64,000 bases of DNA from Mytilus trossulus (Eukaryota): the NCBI RefSeq assembly GCF_036588685.1, contig NC_086377.1, positions 14,942,001 to 15,006,000 of the forward strand, given 5' to 3'. Position numbers and translations under genes: made by a program. Numbering within the stretch: position 1 is the first letter of the stretch; each line of letters starts with the position of its first letter. A model generated the notes under the pieces. That model searched no databases, was not told the origin of the DNA, and worked only from the letters and a program-made list of their open reading frames with translations. Shown one piece after another: positions 51,990 to 64,000 of the stretch.

Positions 51990-52370
51990 ATGGAAAGCAA
52001 GTTGTTATGGGCATTGGAGTCTAGAAAATTTAAATTGGCTAAAATTTTAATACAAGGTGGACACGACGTTAACTTCTGTACACACGCAGGAACCTCGCCA
52101 CTGATGATCGCATGTAAATTGGTTTCACGCGACCAGAACATCCACGAGAAACTTGAGATAATTGCCAAACTTCTAGCATCCAGAGCAAATATAAATGCAA
52201 AAGACGACAAAGGAAGAACAGCTCTGGCGTATGCAATGCATGCAAGATGTAAAGCAACAATTCAAATGTTAAAAACCCAAGGACTCGTCATTACAATAGA
52301 CGCCAAGATAAAAAGGATAAAAGGAAGCGACAAAAAGATTTGGAACAGTTTTGACTTGGACGAAGAGTAG
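51990..52370 (+). CDS. Small intronless ankyrin-repeat protein, ANKRD34-like (paralog 3)
   Basis: 126-aa ORF with GTSPLMIAC and GRTALAYA ankyrin motifs, AAAATGG start context, and a downstream AATAAA at 52734. Confidence 0.85.
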   Translation: MESKLLWALESRKFKLAKILIQGGHDVNFCTHAGTSPLMIACKLVSRDQNIHEKLEIIAKLLASRANINAKDDKGRTALAYAMHARCKATIQMLKTQGLVITIDAKIKRIKGSDKKIWNSFDLDEE

Positions 52371-53320
52371 CTTCAAATTAAAACACGAGACTTTTAAACA
52401 TATCAATATGTTACAATTGATTAGACATGAAATGTAGTATTTCTGTAAAATACACTGTTGCTTCATGTACAGATAGCGCTTAGCAACCGATCATTGATTC
52501 ACTTAATTGAAATGGTACTGTGGCCCTGTCCATGACATAGCGAGCTGGTTTACAACCATAAATATATACTGGTGAAAAAAGAAGGAAACATATATTCAAT
52601 GAACTCATAGCTCTTACGTTGTGTGTCGAAACGTTTTCAAGCTAATTACGTAGAACTTAATGCATTGTTACCTTACTGAGATTCTGTGAGTATGGAACAC
52701 AAACAGAGGTGAACAGAACTTTTAAAGAAAAAGAATAAATGAATTAAATATATATGAATTTTTTATTGTTATTTTATTTTTTATATTATGTTTCTTTTTA
52801 TATTTTTTTCACCTGAGGAGTTTGGTTGGTGTTTTATAAAAAACTTAATCTTTGGTTTTCTATGAAGTATTTTAGGGCGTCTTTTTTTCATTCCAAGGTA
52901 TGGTCGTCTGTATAATATTTAAGTGTTTTTTCCAAACGAATAATATTTCTTTGGATATATTTGAAAATGAATGTGAGTCATCAGCATTAGAGATTAGGTC
53001 GTCATGTTATTTCGTAGCGAATTGATAAAATAAAACGGTACATAAAAGCATACCATGCAGTCAAATAATTAGAATCATATTCCTTAATCTTAAAATTATA
53101 TAGCTTCGCATCAAGATGCAATTAATCATTTCCCCTGTACTTATGTGAAAATAAGGAGATGCGGAATGAATAAAAAAAATAAGAAACTAAAAAAAATGGA
53201 TGTATTCAATAAAGGCTATCGTACGGCTTTCGGCAAAGAGAAACAAACCCCTATACCGTATAGTCGTAAATAAAAGGCCCGACATAATAGTTATCAAAAG
53301 TACCAGGATTATAATTTTAT

Positions 53321-53364
53321 ACGCCAGACGCGCGTTTCGTCTACATAAGACTCATCAGTGACAT
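53321..53364 (-). ncRNA. Intact minimal type I hammerhead ribozyme
   Basis: RC AUGUCA-CUGAUGA-GUCU UAUGU AGAC-GAAA-CGCGCG-UC-UGGCGU: complete core, stems I and II, and palindromic stem III ACGCGCGU. Confidence 0.85.
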
Positions 53365-53580
53365 AAACAATTCAATTGAGAAAACTAGCGGACTAATTTG
53401 TAAGTTTTGAACAGAACTTTGTATGAATTCCAAGCTGTCAGCTAAACAAAATAACTCTTTATTAGAACTTCTGCAAGTTAAAGATGTGTCGTCACTACTA
53501 CTGAAATCAATTGAAACAGTGGTGTAAATCTTTTCAAATTATTTTTAGCCTACAATCGAGTTCAAGTAAACGGTATACAA

Positions 53581-53882
53581 AGTGTTCTGCCAGAGTAGAC
53601 ATTAGCACCAAATCAGAGCCCCATCACATTCTTCTGACAGAGTAGACATTATCACCAAATCAGAGTCCCAGCAGAGTGTTCTGTCAGAGTAGACATTAGC
53701 ACCAAATCAGAGTCCCAGCACATTGTTTTGTCAGAGTAGACATTATTACCAAATCAGAGTCCCAGCACATTGTTCTGACAGAGTAGACATTATCACCAAT
53801 TCAGAGTCCCATCACAGTGTTAGAGTCCCATCACAGTGTTCTGTCAGAGTAGACATTAGCACCAAATCAGAGTCCCAGCACA
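53581..53882. repeat. 47-bp minisatellite, ~6 units
   Basis: CAGAGTAGACATTA(G/T)CACCAAATCAGAGTCCCA recurs at 53591, 53638, 53685 and onward. Confidence 0.9.
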
Positions 53883-54237
53883 TAAGTCTATAGTGAAGAG
53901 TATATGAGATTTATATGGGATAAAAACCGACAAACTAGAGCTACAGAAAAATCTTCTGCTTAATTTTCGAATAATAAATCCCATGGGATTTTTTATTATT
54001 GAAAACTCTACTGGTCAAACTTTCTTTTGGAGATATTTATAAAATTGCCAATGAAAATTTCCGGCAAGACTATGCTATGACATCAGATTCATTGTTGTGA
54101 AGATAAATTAACACTTTTCGCGAAAACAAAATAAAAAAGAAAATACCACGAAAAAACTCATAACTTATTTCAAAAGGTTGGTGACATTAACTGTCTTACG
54201 TCTTATTCGATTTTAATATCATATGGGTAAGAGTCTT

Positions 54238-55235
54238 TAAAAGAGGGACGAAAGATACCAAAGGGACAGTCAAACTCATAAAATTTAAACAAACTGACAA
54301 GCCATGGCTAAAAATGAAAAAGACAAACAGACAAACAATAGCACACATGACACAACATAGAAAACCAAAGAATAAACAACATGAACCCCACCAAAAACTA
54401 GGGGTGATATCAGGTGCTTCGGAAGGGTAAGCAGATCCTGCTCCACATATGGCACCCGTCGTGTTGCTTATGTGATATCAAATCCGGTAAATAGTCTAAT
54501 GCGGTAGGTCACATTCATGAAAGGGAAGGGGATTGTAGTTACCACGTAAGGAACATATCCGATATCATTTGTGAAACAGTTATTCCATAACGGTCAACCA
54601 ACTCGTAATGGCGTCCATAAAATTTAAGAAGGGATGATTTCAACTTAACCATTTGAAACTCCTGGTTTGATAGCTTCCTTGTGAGCGGCAACCCTCTATC
54701 AAGAAAATCATGATAGGAAATGCGTGCACGGGAATATCATATCAATTGGGAGATATAAACCCCGTATGCAGGTGCTGCTGGAATGTTTCTACTTGAAAGT
54801 TCACAATTGGAAAGCTGAAATCATCTCTTTTGTCGTATAGTTTTGTTTTCAACAGACCCTCATTGTCAATTTCTAGATGTAAGTCAAGATATGAAGTCGA
54901 CTTAACTGTATCTGTAGTATCCTTTATTTCTAGTTCAATGGGATAGATGCGTTCTACATAGTCACCAAATTTTGAATTATTTTGTGAAAGACCATCATCT
55001 ATATAGCGGAAAGTAGAGTTAAAGGATATTTCTAACTTCTTATCTTTCTTCCTAAGAAGTTTCTGCATGAAGTCAGCCTCATAATAATAAAAAAATAAGT
55101 CGGCAAGTAGAGGTGCACGCTTTGTTCCCATTGGAATACCGACAGTCTGTTGAAAAACGCGTCCTCCGAACGTAACAAATATGTTGGCAATCAAAAAATC
55201 AAGCATCTTGATAATATCAGTTTCGAAAATTTTTT
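54238..55235 (-). mobile_element. Penelope-like retroelement 3' fragment (RT remnant 54742-55206 plus tail)
   Basis: FQQTVGIPMGTKRAPLLADLF, RYIDD, SYLDL and TKLYDKRDDF motifs, with a frameshift near the end of the ORF. Confidence 0.9.
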
Positions 55236-55264
55236 GTTTTTAATAAAATAAAATGTTTTTAATA

Positions 55265-55480
55265 AAAGTAGAATCACAAAAATACTGAACTCCGAGGAAA
55301 ATTCAAAACGGAAAGTTCCTAATCAAAAGGCAAAATTGAAAGCTCAAACACATCAAACGAATAGATAACAACTGTCACATTCATGACTTGGTATAAACAT
55401 TTTCTTGTGTTGGAAATGCTGGATTAATCCTGGTTTTATAGCCATCTAAACCTCTCACTTGTATGACAGTCGAATACAAT
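55265..55480 (-). mobile_element. Interspersed repeat family B copy (twister-like fold 55371-55470, decayed)
   Basis: Matches 11851-12095. The RC has GAGGU opposite loop UACCAAGU. Confidence 0.75.
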
Positions 55481-55812
55481 TTCATTTAATAGACATTTGT
55501 AAATCTTGTTTTCTGGTTTTGTGTTAGATATTAACTGAAAATAAATTATTCATGATAACAACTTTCACTCAAAAAATAGCAGTTCAAATCGTGAACCGGG
55601 TTTAAGTCATCTCTCTTTCATTCAAAATCAGATTCAATTGATAGAACTATACATTTAGATCAGTGTTGAATTGAAAAATAAATTCAATATAATTACAGTA
55701 AATAGAAATATAAAGTATGCATAAGTTCTAGCTAGCCTCGCCTTTTCCTTCTGTTTCTAAAGCTGACACATTTTTTTATAATATTTTGCTGTTTCAATAA
55801 ATATCTTCTAAA

Positions 55813-56046
55813 AGGGACGACATAAAAAGATCAATGTAAGATAAAAAAAAAATCAAATAGTTTGGGGGTGGGGGTTGAACTGCTACAAGATGTGGTTATC
55901 CGACATTGATTTTTACATATATATATATGGGTCAATTAATTTTCCCCAAATTAAGTTAAAGGGGGTGGAAGGGGGTGGGGTGGATGTCAGTGAAAAACTA
56001 TGTGAATTAAGTTTGTATCCTTTATTGAACTTTTGATGTCGTCCCT
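55813..56046. mobile_element. Short MITE
   Basis: TIR AGGGACGACATAAAAAGATCAAT versus ATTGAACTTTTGATGTCGTCCCT. Confidence 0.65.
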
Positions 56047-56436
56047 ATTAGGCCTAACCTGTTGTGATCACTGTGGTGCTTTATCTGGGTAGTTTTATGT
56101 GCCGTTTCCTATTGCATACATATTATCCTAATTTGTGTCTAAAAATCACAACATCGACTCCCTTTACACTGATGCTTTATAGAAAAGAAAACAGTACATT
56201 AATAAAAAAATTATACGTGTTGAAAGATTGTAGTTTAGTTAAGACATATTTTATTTACTCAAAGTAAAATGGATTGGACACAAGTAAGCCATACTTATGA
56301 AGTCCGCTCCGATTGTAACCATCAATATTTTTCATTATGCGTTAATTCTAATGATTTTAAGGTGAACATGTCATTAACAATTCAGTATACCTGACAGTGT
56401 CTGACAAGCAGATATATTTAAAATTGAATGTATTGT

Positions 56437-56672
56437 GAACAGACGTAGTGACGTATGTGTACATCCTGCAAAGAAACAAAAGGGCTCTGTTGAGAACAGA
56501 CGTAGTGACGTATGTGTACGTCCTGCAATAAAAAAACAAAAGGACCCTGTTAAGAACAGAAGTAGTGACGTATGTGTACATCCTGCAAAAAAAACAAATG
56601 GGCCCTGTTGGGATCTGACGTAGTGACGTATGTGTACATGCGGCAACGGAATAAACAGGCCCTGTAAAGAAC
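56437..56672. repeat. 57-60-bp tandem repeat, ~4 units
   Basis: GACGTAGTGACGTATGTGTACATCCTGCAA..GGCCCTGT units start at 56437, 56494, 56554 and 56612. Confidence 0.9.
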
Positions 56673-57345
56673 AATATTGAACCTTCTCTACCAAAACATT
56701 GCGACTTCTGATTTATAGCTTTCTAATTATACAGTTTAATGTTACTAAGAAACTACCCTTTTACATCAGGGGAAAACACCAGTTGGGTATTAATCTTTGC
56801 GTCATACAAAATAAAAATATATACAATGTACGTGATAGCATCACATCGTAATAAATGAAAAGTGTAATAGTAAAACAATTAAATGTTTCAATATACAATA
56901 ATAAAAATATTTTCTTCTGAAACACACTTGTGACGTAAATCTATTGTTATAAGTCTCCAAGGAATTGCAAAAAAGGAAACTGTATTTTACGTATGTTCAT
57001 TCTACAGTCTATGGAGTGAGAACTTTTTAATACTAGTTCTCCAGGAGACAAAAAGTAAATGGTTTAATCAGCTGTTGTTCATGTTGACTTTAAAGACGGA
57101 TGCATGGCTGTTATGAGGAGAAATATGACGTAATTCGGACTGCCTATGTTGGATGTTATATTTCAGAACCATTTATATCTATGAAAAAGAAACAATAATG
57201 TATCTCTGTGATTACTAAAAAATGTATGTTTTTAAGTAGTGATGTCATATTTGTTTGATAGTGTAATGGTATATTTCACCAAATAAACTGAATAGAGTTG
57301 TTTCTTCAAGTAAAGGTCAATACGAGCCGGCATTCAAAGATAGGT

Positions 57346-57628
57346 TATAAAATTGAGAATGGAAATGGGGAATGTGTCAAAGAGACAACAACCTGACCAT
57401 AGAAAAACACAACAGGTCTTCAATGTGGCGAAAAATTCCCGCACCCTGAGGCGTCCTTCAGCTAGCCCCTAAACAAATATATACTAGTTCAGTGATAATG
57501 AACGCCATAATAATTTCCAAGTTGTACACAAGAAACTAAAATAAAAATAATACAAGACTAACAAAGGCCATAGGCTCCTGACTTGGGACAGGCGCAAAAA
57601 TGCGGCGGGGTTAAACATGTTTGTGAGA
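57346..57628 (-). mobile_element. Interspersed repeat (family A variant) with the 3' half of a twister-like fold (57573-57628)
   Basis: RC AAACAUGUU-UAA-CCCC-GCC-GCAUUUUUGC-G-CCUG-UCCCAAGU-CAGG-AGCC. Confidence 0.65.
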
Positions 57629-58959
57629 ATTGCTAGATTTGCATATTCTTTCATCGTTTGTGAATATTTACTGTTTGCCAAAATATTAATGGGGGTCGAT
57701 ATTTTTGAAACTTTGTTTGTGCAAGACTGAAGTGTATATATATATGTTACTACATGTTTGTTGGAAATTTTGAATATCAATACATTTTGAACCAGAATCA
57801 ATTTGTTTACATGTTTATAAGGCACGTCCCGTGTGATTTTCTGGGTAGATAAATATAAAAAAAAAAGAAGATGTGTGTGATTGCCAATGAGACAACTCTA
57901 CATAAGGAAAGAAACCAAATGACAGAAATTTACAACAATGACCGAATTCCATACCCCATAGTCAGCCGTGTTTTGGCGACTGCAACCCAATTTGAATAAC
58001 TAGCTTTAATTCATGTATATTTTACATTTTATGAATGGCGGATTATTCAATGTGAAGAGTCAAAAATTAGTTTTATGGTTCAATAAAGTCAAAATAAATT
58101 ATTGCCATTCATTATAAATAAATTTATATGAAAAAAATAAGCTCAAAGAACTTTTAATACTATTTATATTAAAACAATAACAACATACACACATGTTGGC
58201 GTATGAATACACAACATCAGAATGGGCGAGTCTCCATAAAAATTGATAACATTGAAAATAAAACTAATACTTTTAACCAATCAGAAGACAGTAAATACAC
58301 CAAATTTATTTATACATGTATATTATAAACATGAAAAATGTACAAAGCATAGTAAATTGAATATGTATTTATATGTGCCATTTTTTTCAGGTTCTACACT
58401 GAATCGCCAGGTCGTAGACGGGAAATCAGCATTATCAGCGGTGAAAATGTTAACCGTAGTAAGGCTGTTTGTGTAGACTTGAAATAAGTGGTCTTGGTGA
58501 TGTAACCCACAAACCTGTGATAAATGATGAAGTTATGGCAAAGATCTGTGATTATTTCAAAACTTAAAAAACAGATCCAGCAGTCCTGATCCGAAAGAGG
58601 TGTTAACAACTAGTGTCTACGAATTTCAGTGTAAAAATACGGGCTACGATTGCCATACCAAAAACTACGGATTTGTAGAAAAAATCGTTTTGTTTCAAAA
58701 TCCGTTAAATTTTGAGTCGTTTCGATTAAAAATTCGACAAATTTTTATCTTGATCAATTTAGCGTTAGAATTAAACGAATTATCAATGATTTTATTAACT
58801 CGAATAATTCAGCGCCCTCTTTCCAGTACTTTTCTCGTTAATGGAGTGATCGAAGTGATCGTAATATAACGACTGGAGCCTATCGGCTCTGGAAATGTGT
58901 ACCTCTCAACCGGTATTTTTGGCAAATACCCCTTGTAAGCATGATATATTTGTATAAAG

Positions 58960-59430
58960 TACTAGGATGTGTTTTTTCTTCAAAAATAGTATCTTTGCCT
59001 ATGTCATTGGCAACATTAACAAAAACAAGTATGTAAGTTGTCACAGACATCTTTAGTGTCGTTTAAAATTTTATTATCATCCACAAGTACAATTTTTTGT
59101 TGGCTACAGGTAGACTTTTACGTCAAAAATGGTTGTACTGTGCTATAAAAGTGTTTTGATTTTTGTCCTCCAGCACATCTTTCTTGGAAATAAATGTTCA
59201 CTGATTTTCTTTTTAATTTTGTGACCATATTTCTTTGTTTTCTATATGCTTCCCAAGTTTTGCTTGTTTTGTATTTTTCAAATTTTGTTCTCAGCATTTG
59301 TTTGTGAAAAACGGCTTTTCTTAGTTCTCTGTTCATATAAGGTACGGAGTTTTTTCGAGGGTATCTGTATTTCATTGGTGCATGACAATTTATCACATCA
59401 GAGACTATTTCCAAATCATTATATACCAGA
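58960..59430 (-). mobile_element. Non-LTR retrotransposon (CR1/L2-like) ORF2 fragment
   Basis: VINCHAPMK..PYMNRELRKAV..WEAYRKQRNMVTKLKRKSV..YF is the typical endonuclease-RT linker of CR1/L2 LINEs. Confidence 0.8.
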
Positions 59431-59789
59431 TTAATATCATCTATACATTTATTTGTAATATGTTAAATAATAATTTTATTTAGTTTTACTTTTCTATAGC
59501 TTATTACAGAAAACTGAATCAACTCTGAACTGAATTTAATTATGAATATGATCTGGTCAAAGGTATTCAAATCTAGTCCCTATTGTCTTTTTAGTTTAAT
59601 TTTGAGGTTTTGCATTTTTAATGTGTTATACAAGATTAAACTTTAAATATGCATATCGTGTTCGTAATAAGTACACAATTAAAACAAGGTATGCATGTGT
59701 TGACTTATTCCAAACTTTATTCATTTTTTTTTTGTTCAATCATGCATATTTTAGGTTATAATCTTAGTCAAAAACTTTGTTCCAAAACT

Positions 59790-60605
59790 ATCTGAACAAG
59801 ACTGCAGATAATGTCAGAATTCAGGATATTGCATCTAAACAGGTCGTAAAGGTTTTGTTTGATCTTATGATTGGTTGCTGTCGTAGAGGAAAGGGGGACT
59901 GAGAGAAACACTTCCGATATTGTTGATTGTGATTGATTGGGTTAAAAAAATCTATATAAAAATTGATCAGAATTGACACAAAAATCATCGCACTGATGTA
60001 GAGGATTCGTCCGGTGGGGTAATTTACGAAGAAAAAGACAGGAACTTGTGTCCAGTTGCATCTTACACTTTATATTTAGGGAAGTTGAACCCTAAATGCG
60101 ATGTACTTTGGCAGCGTCCGCGACCAAATAACCATACAGCAAATGAGACAGATCACTTGGAAAAAAATAATGGAAAAAATCTCAAATTGTGCAGGAAAGT
60201 GAAAGAGAAAATGAACGTGGTTTCGAGAACACAAAAATCAAAAGTGTATCGAAGCACAAGTCACTACAAAGTATTGAAAGCTACTCAAAGCGACTTTTCA
60301 CTTCCACAAGTCAAAAGAAAAATATGTCAAAAGCTCATGCGTCGTCATTATATAATACTAAGGCAGAGATACATGTACCGTCTATCGAGAACAATGCAAT
60401 AAACAATGTCAACAACATTTCTCCTCTAACAGGAAATGATGTTGCCATTAGAGCACCAACAATCGTTACAGTACCAGAAACTGTTCAAAACACTAATGTA
60501 TCTAGTACATGTATGCAACTTGGTGATATTGATTTTCTCGAGGACAGTTTTATCAGTGAGTTTGCAGACTTTGATAAAGTATTGAAAGAAATTAGCGCCT
60601 CTTAA
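59790..60605 (+). mobile_element. Crypton-type tyrosine recombinase (DUF3504-like) remnant
   Basis: Frameshifted motifs: CRRG..GLRE (~59879-59910), CPVASYTLYLGKLNPKCDVLWQRP, IKSVSKHKSLQSIESY (GHxS..S..Y-like). The HxxR segment appears deleted. Confidence 0.75.
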
Positions 60606-60773
60606 AACAATGACGAATGCATGTGCAAAACAATTGCTAAAAAACCGAGTCCATGACCAACAGAAATGATCATAACGTCAAATGTGTCCGGTGGAGTCTT
60701 CAATTTGTATTTTTCTAAAGACTTAATTTATCCATGTACAACTACAGTCCTTGGATGGTGTAAACTTCCCACT

Positions 60774-60892
60774 AACACCATACACCATTACACCATACAC
60801 CATACACTATTACACCATACACCATGTACCATTACACCATACACGTTACACATTTGCACCATACACCTTACACGTTACACCATACACCATTC
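60774..60892. repeat. Degenerate (TACACCA)n-like simple repeat
   Basis: Repeated ACACCAT/TACACCA units. Confidence 0.85.
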
Positions 60893-63675
60893 TCCATTCT
60901 ATCTACACGATCCGAAATTACCCATCATGCAATTAAATTTCAACGACTACATAATTATTTATTTGTTTTAAAAAACGAATTTTGATCACAATATTGCAAT
61001 TAAATAATATAAAATTAAAGGGAAACTTCGCAAAAAAATCAAAAATTTATATTATGTCCATTCTGTATAGAAATGCTCAAATTTGTTTTATTCCGCTAGA
61101 GAAGAGAATGTTCTTATTTTTTTTAAATAACCATAGTCTGTTATTTTTAAGCTGTTAATATTGGAATTAAATTAAAAGTCAAACTTCAACTCATAAATAA
61201 GTGTTCCGTGAAAATTGTTTTCGAAAATCTAATTCGTTAAAAGTTCTTTAACGTAATAAATTGTATTTGAATAAATTCGGATCTTCTCTCATCTGACCAC
61301 TAGCAAGGATAATGGTATTACTCCCAAAGGTATTGTGGGGGATGTGAGGTGACCCATCCAGGTATTTATGCGATTTCCTGTCCGGGTTGCAAGTTCATGC
61401 ATCGTTTCACTTTTGTAGGTATTGATCAGTGTACACAGCCGATAACTTATAACTCTCCATTTTGAACTATCAGGTGTATAATATACATCTCTGTCTTGCG
61501 TGTCCGAAAGTGATATAATACACTAGTCATTTCTAAACTCATACGCTTGTTTATAAATAACATTACTTGTGTAAAGAATATTATTTATTAAAAAAACTAA
61601 ATAATTAAAAAGTTTGATGAATAAAAATCTGTTTACACATTTTTTCCAAGGGTAAATTTGGAGAAATGTAAGAACTCGTTCAACATTCAAAGTTTTCGTT
61701 TAATATTAATAAAATGTATGTATATTTCACTCAATAAGGACATTGGTCTGCAGAAATTGAAGGTTGGTCAGGTTTGAGTGTAAACGTTTCTCGGGCCAAC
61801 ATATTTTTGGTCATGCCAAGTAATCCTTGCATGATCGCAACTCTTTTGGACCTCCTACGGCATCCATTAGTTAATAAAAAGATTAAATAAAAGAACATAT
61901 AAACCTATCACATGTACCGTTTATGAAATAAAAATATTGCCGGTCGACCCCTCCGACCTCCTTTTTTTGGCGCTCAACCCTCCAATCGGGCTTTCCATCC
62001 AACTAAAATTAAAAACTTGCTTTCTAACCGATCTTTTCATGTACCGGACAGGCAACACTCTTTATTTTTATAAGAAAAGCATCACATGCTATGGTCTAAT
62101 ACACATGCATGTTGTCTACTTGGGAGTTTTAGCACAGACACTTGACTCAGAATAAACATCGAATATATCAGTGGAAAATACCATTCATTTTTTTTTTGGC
62201 AAATCTTACCGGGTTAGTACCAGGTTCAAAATATACATGCAATATCATAACATCGATATTTCGATCTAGCTGTTTCATGCCAAGATATTTTTGCTCAAAA
62301 CTAGTTCCTCCTACAGCTCCATTAGAATAGTATTTCATTGAACAAAATAATTTGTCCTGCATGTACGAATCGCTTTAAAAACGGACATATACATGTACCA
62401 AATGGTGAATATGAATCAACCATGAAATTGCCCTCGCAAATTGTTAGCTCGTAAAGTTAAAAAAAAAATCCATATTTGAGAAAGGTCTTGTTTTGTTTGT
62501 TTGTTTTTTTTTTGGGGGGGGGGGGGGTGTCAGAGAAGTTGAAATAAAATTTACCGGTAAAAGGAATTGCACTGAATCATGGAAGTAATATTGTGATGGA
62601 TTGAACCGCTGGTTTTATGGCAAGCCAAACCCCTCTCTCTCTCTTATGGGCAATGTTTAAATTACCGCTATTATATGACAATAACATTTGTATTTATGGC
62701 GAATAATACACTATAAAAATCTTGAATTTATCTGCTGTTATTCGTATAAATAAAAAAAAAAAATCCGATATGATTGCCAATGCGAGAATTCTCCACAAGA
62801 GACGAAAATGACACAGACATTAACAACTATAGGTCACCGTACGGCCTTTAACAATGTGCAAAGTCCATAACATGTTTCTTTTTATAATAATTGCAACATG
62901 GTATTTTATATTCTTGCATACTATATATAGACGTTAATCAAGTGTCGTGTTTTATAATTTAAGATAGGTCAAGTTATCATTAGACTTCGAAACTTTGAAT
63001 GAGTTGACGCCGTATACTGCTTATTGTATATATATTTTTTTATAAAACTCTGTGATGTGTGTAGTTTTGAGGGTATTCAACAGATTACACTCGTGTCACA
63101 GGATATCGATGTATATCCTATAGGTGGTCATTCATGTTCAATAAACGAATGTAGGACAGAAAGTCACAGGACAAAAAGTCACAATTTAGTTTTAAATTAG
63201 TTAAACATATTTTATTTGTTCAAGTACAAATTGGATAAGACACAAAAATAAATAAAGGAGTATTTAGAGAACAAAAACACAAAAAATAAAATACAAAATT
63301 AATTCAACAAACGAAAAAAGGGAAGCATTTTACTAAGATGATGATGTGTGTGCGATAATGCATGATTTGCTTCTCTAGAAAATAAGAATTCGGTTTTTAG
63401 AATATATTTCTTTGAACAAGAAAAGAATCATTTTAAAGATATGTTCGTGTTTTTTCTTGAACTATTATATATAAGGAGCTTTGTTATTAAAATTTATTTA
63501 ATTTCAATCAATACAAAATGTCAATCATCATATATTTTGTCTCTGAAATCACTTAAATGCATCCATAAAGTATTTTTAAAATAACATGGAACAATTCAGA
63601 TACATTGTTGAACATGAATTAATTCTATTTTATTTAAAACGTTGTTCTCATATCATTATAGTCATAAGCAATAAG

Positions 63676-63825
63676 CATAGGCGGATCCAGGGGGAGGGGG
63701 CTGGAGGGGCCCGCCCCTTTTTGTTGGAAAAGTTTAGTTGACTATATAGGGAATCACTAAAGCATGACTGGAGCCCTTATGTCAGTCAACAGGCCTACCT
63801 TATGAAAGTTCTGGATCCGCTACTG
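63676..63825. mobile_element. ~150-bp MITE
   Basis: CATAGGCGGATCCAG ... CTGGATCCGCTACTG terminal inverted repeats. Confidence 0.7.
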
Positions 63826-64000
63826 AATCGATTTTGTTGGTTGTGTAATTTACGGCTGACTAGGTGTGTAATCGATGACACGTGCCCGCATTATATTATG
63901 AAAATTATAAATATCTCTCTAAGTTCGGTTTTAAATATCTAAAACATTACCCCATGGACCCGGTCAGCAGATTTTCATTATTTATGTTTTCCTCGGTGAC

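Noticed and set aside
51974-52466. Antisense ORFs overlapping the ankyrin genes (also 22639-22872)
   Set aside because: These are shadow frames of the real CDS and are not conserved among paralogs.
53581-53882. Regular repeats that could be mistaken for a CRISPR array
   Set aside because: The units are head-to-tail with no unique spacers, the context is eukaryotic, and there are no cas genes.
56357-56694. 100-aa ORFs on both strands (also 60666-60971)
   Set aside because: They are open only because of tandem or simple repeats, and have no protein features.

Overview
AT-rich, repeat-dense eukaryotic DNA. The interspersed repeat families look like those of a bivalve mollusc, most likely a Mytilus mussel (inferred from repeat recognition, not proven). 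The only intact host genes are three paralogous, intronless 126-aa ankyrin-repeat (ANKRD34-like) ORFs. Two lie in tandem on the minus strand (22675-23055, 27748-28128) and one is divergent on the plus strand (51990-52370). The ~24 kb between them consists largely of gene-less tandem duplications carrying conserved upstream motifs. The rest is transposon debris: Penelope-like RT fragments, two CR1/L2-type LINE fragments, a Crypton-type tyrosine recombinase remnant, Helentron-associated elements, MITEs and satellites. The most notable signals are non-coding: (1) three interspersed repeat families whose cores fold as circularly permuted (P5-type) twister-like ribozymes with compensatory pseudoknot changes and an unusual double-palindrome P1 region; (2) a 2.9-kb non-autonomous transposon with 55-bp TIRs starting with the exact V(D)J RSS heptamer CACAGTG and a 5-bp TSD (Transib/RAG-like); (3) many minimal type I hammerhead ribozyme (retrozyme-like) copies; (4) long cruciform elements with a shared apex. 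Boundaries of degenerate repeats and duplication units are approximate and were read by eye.
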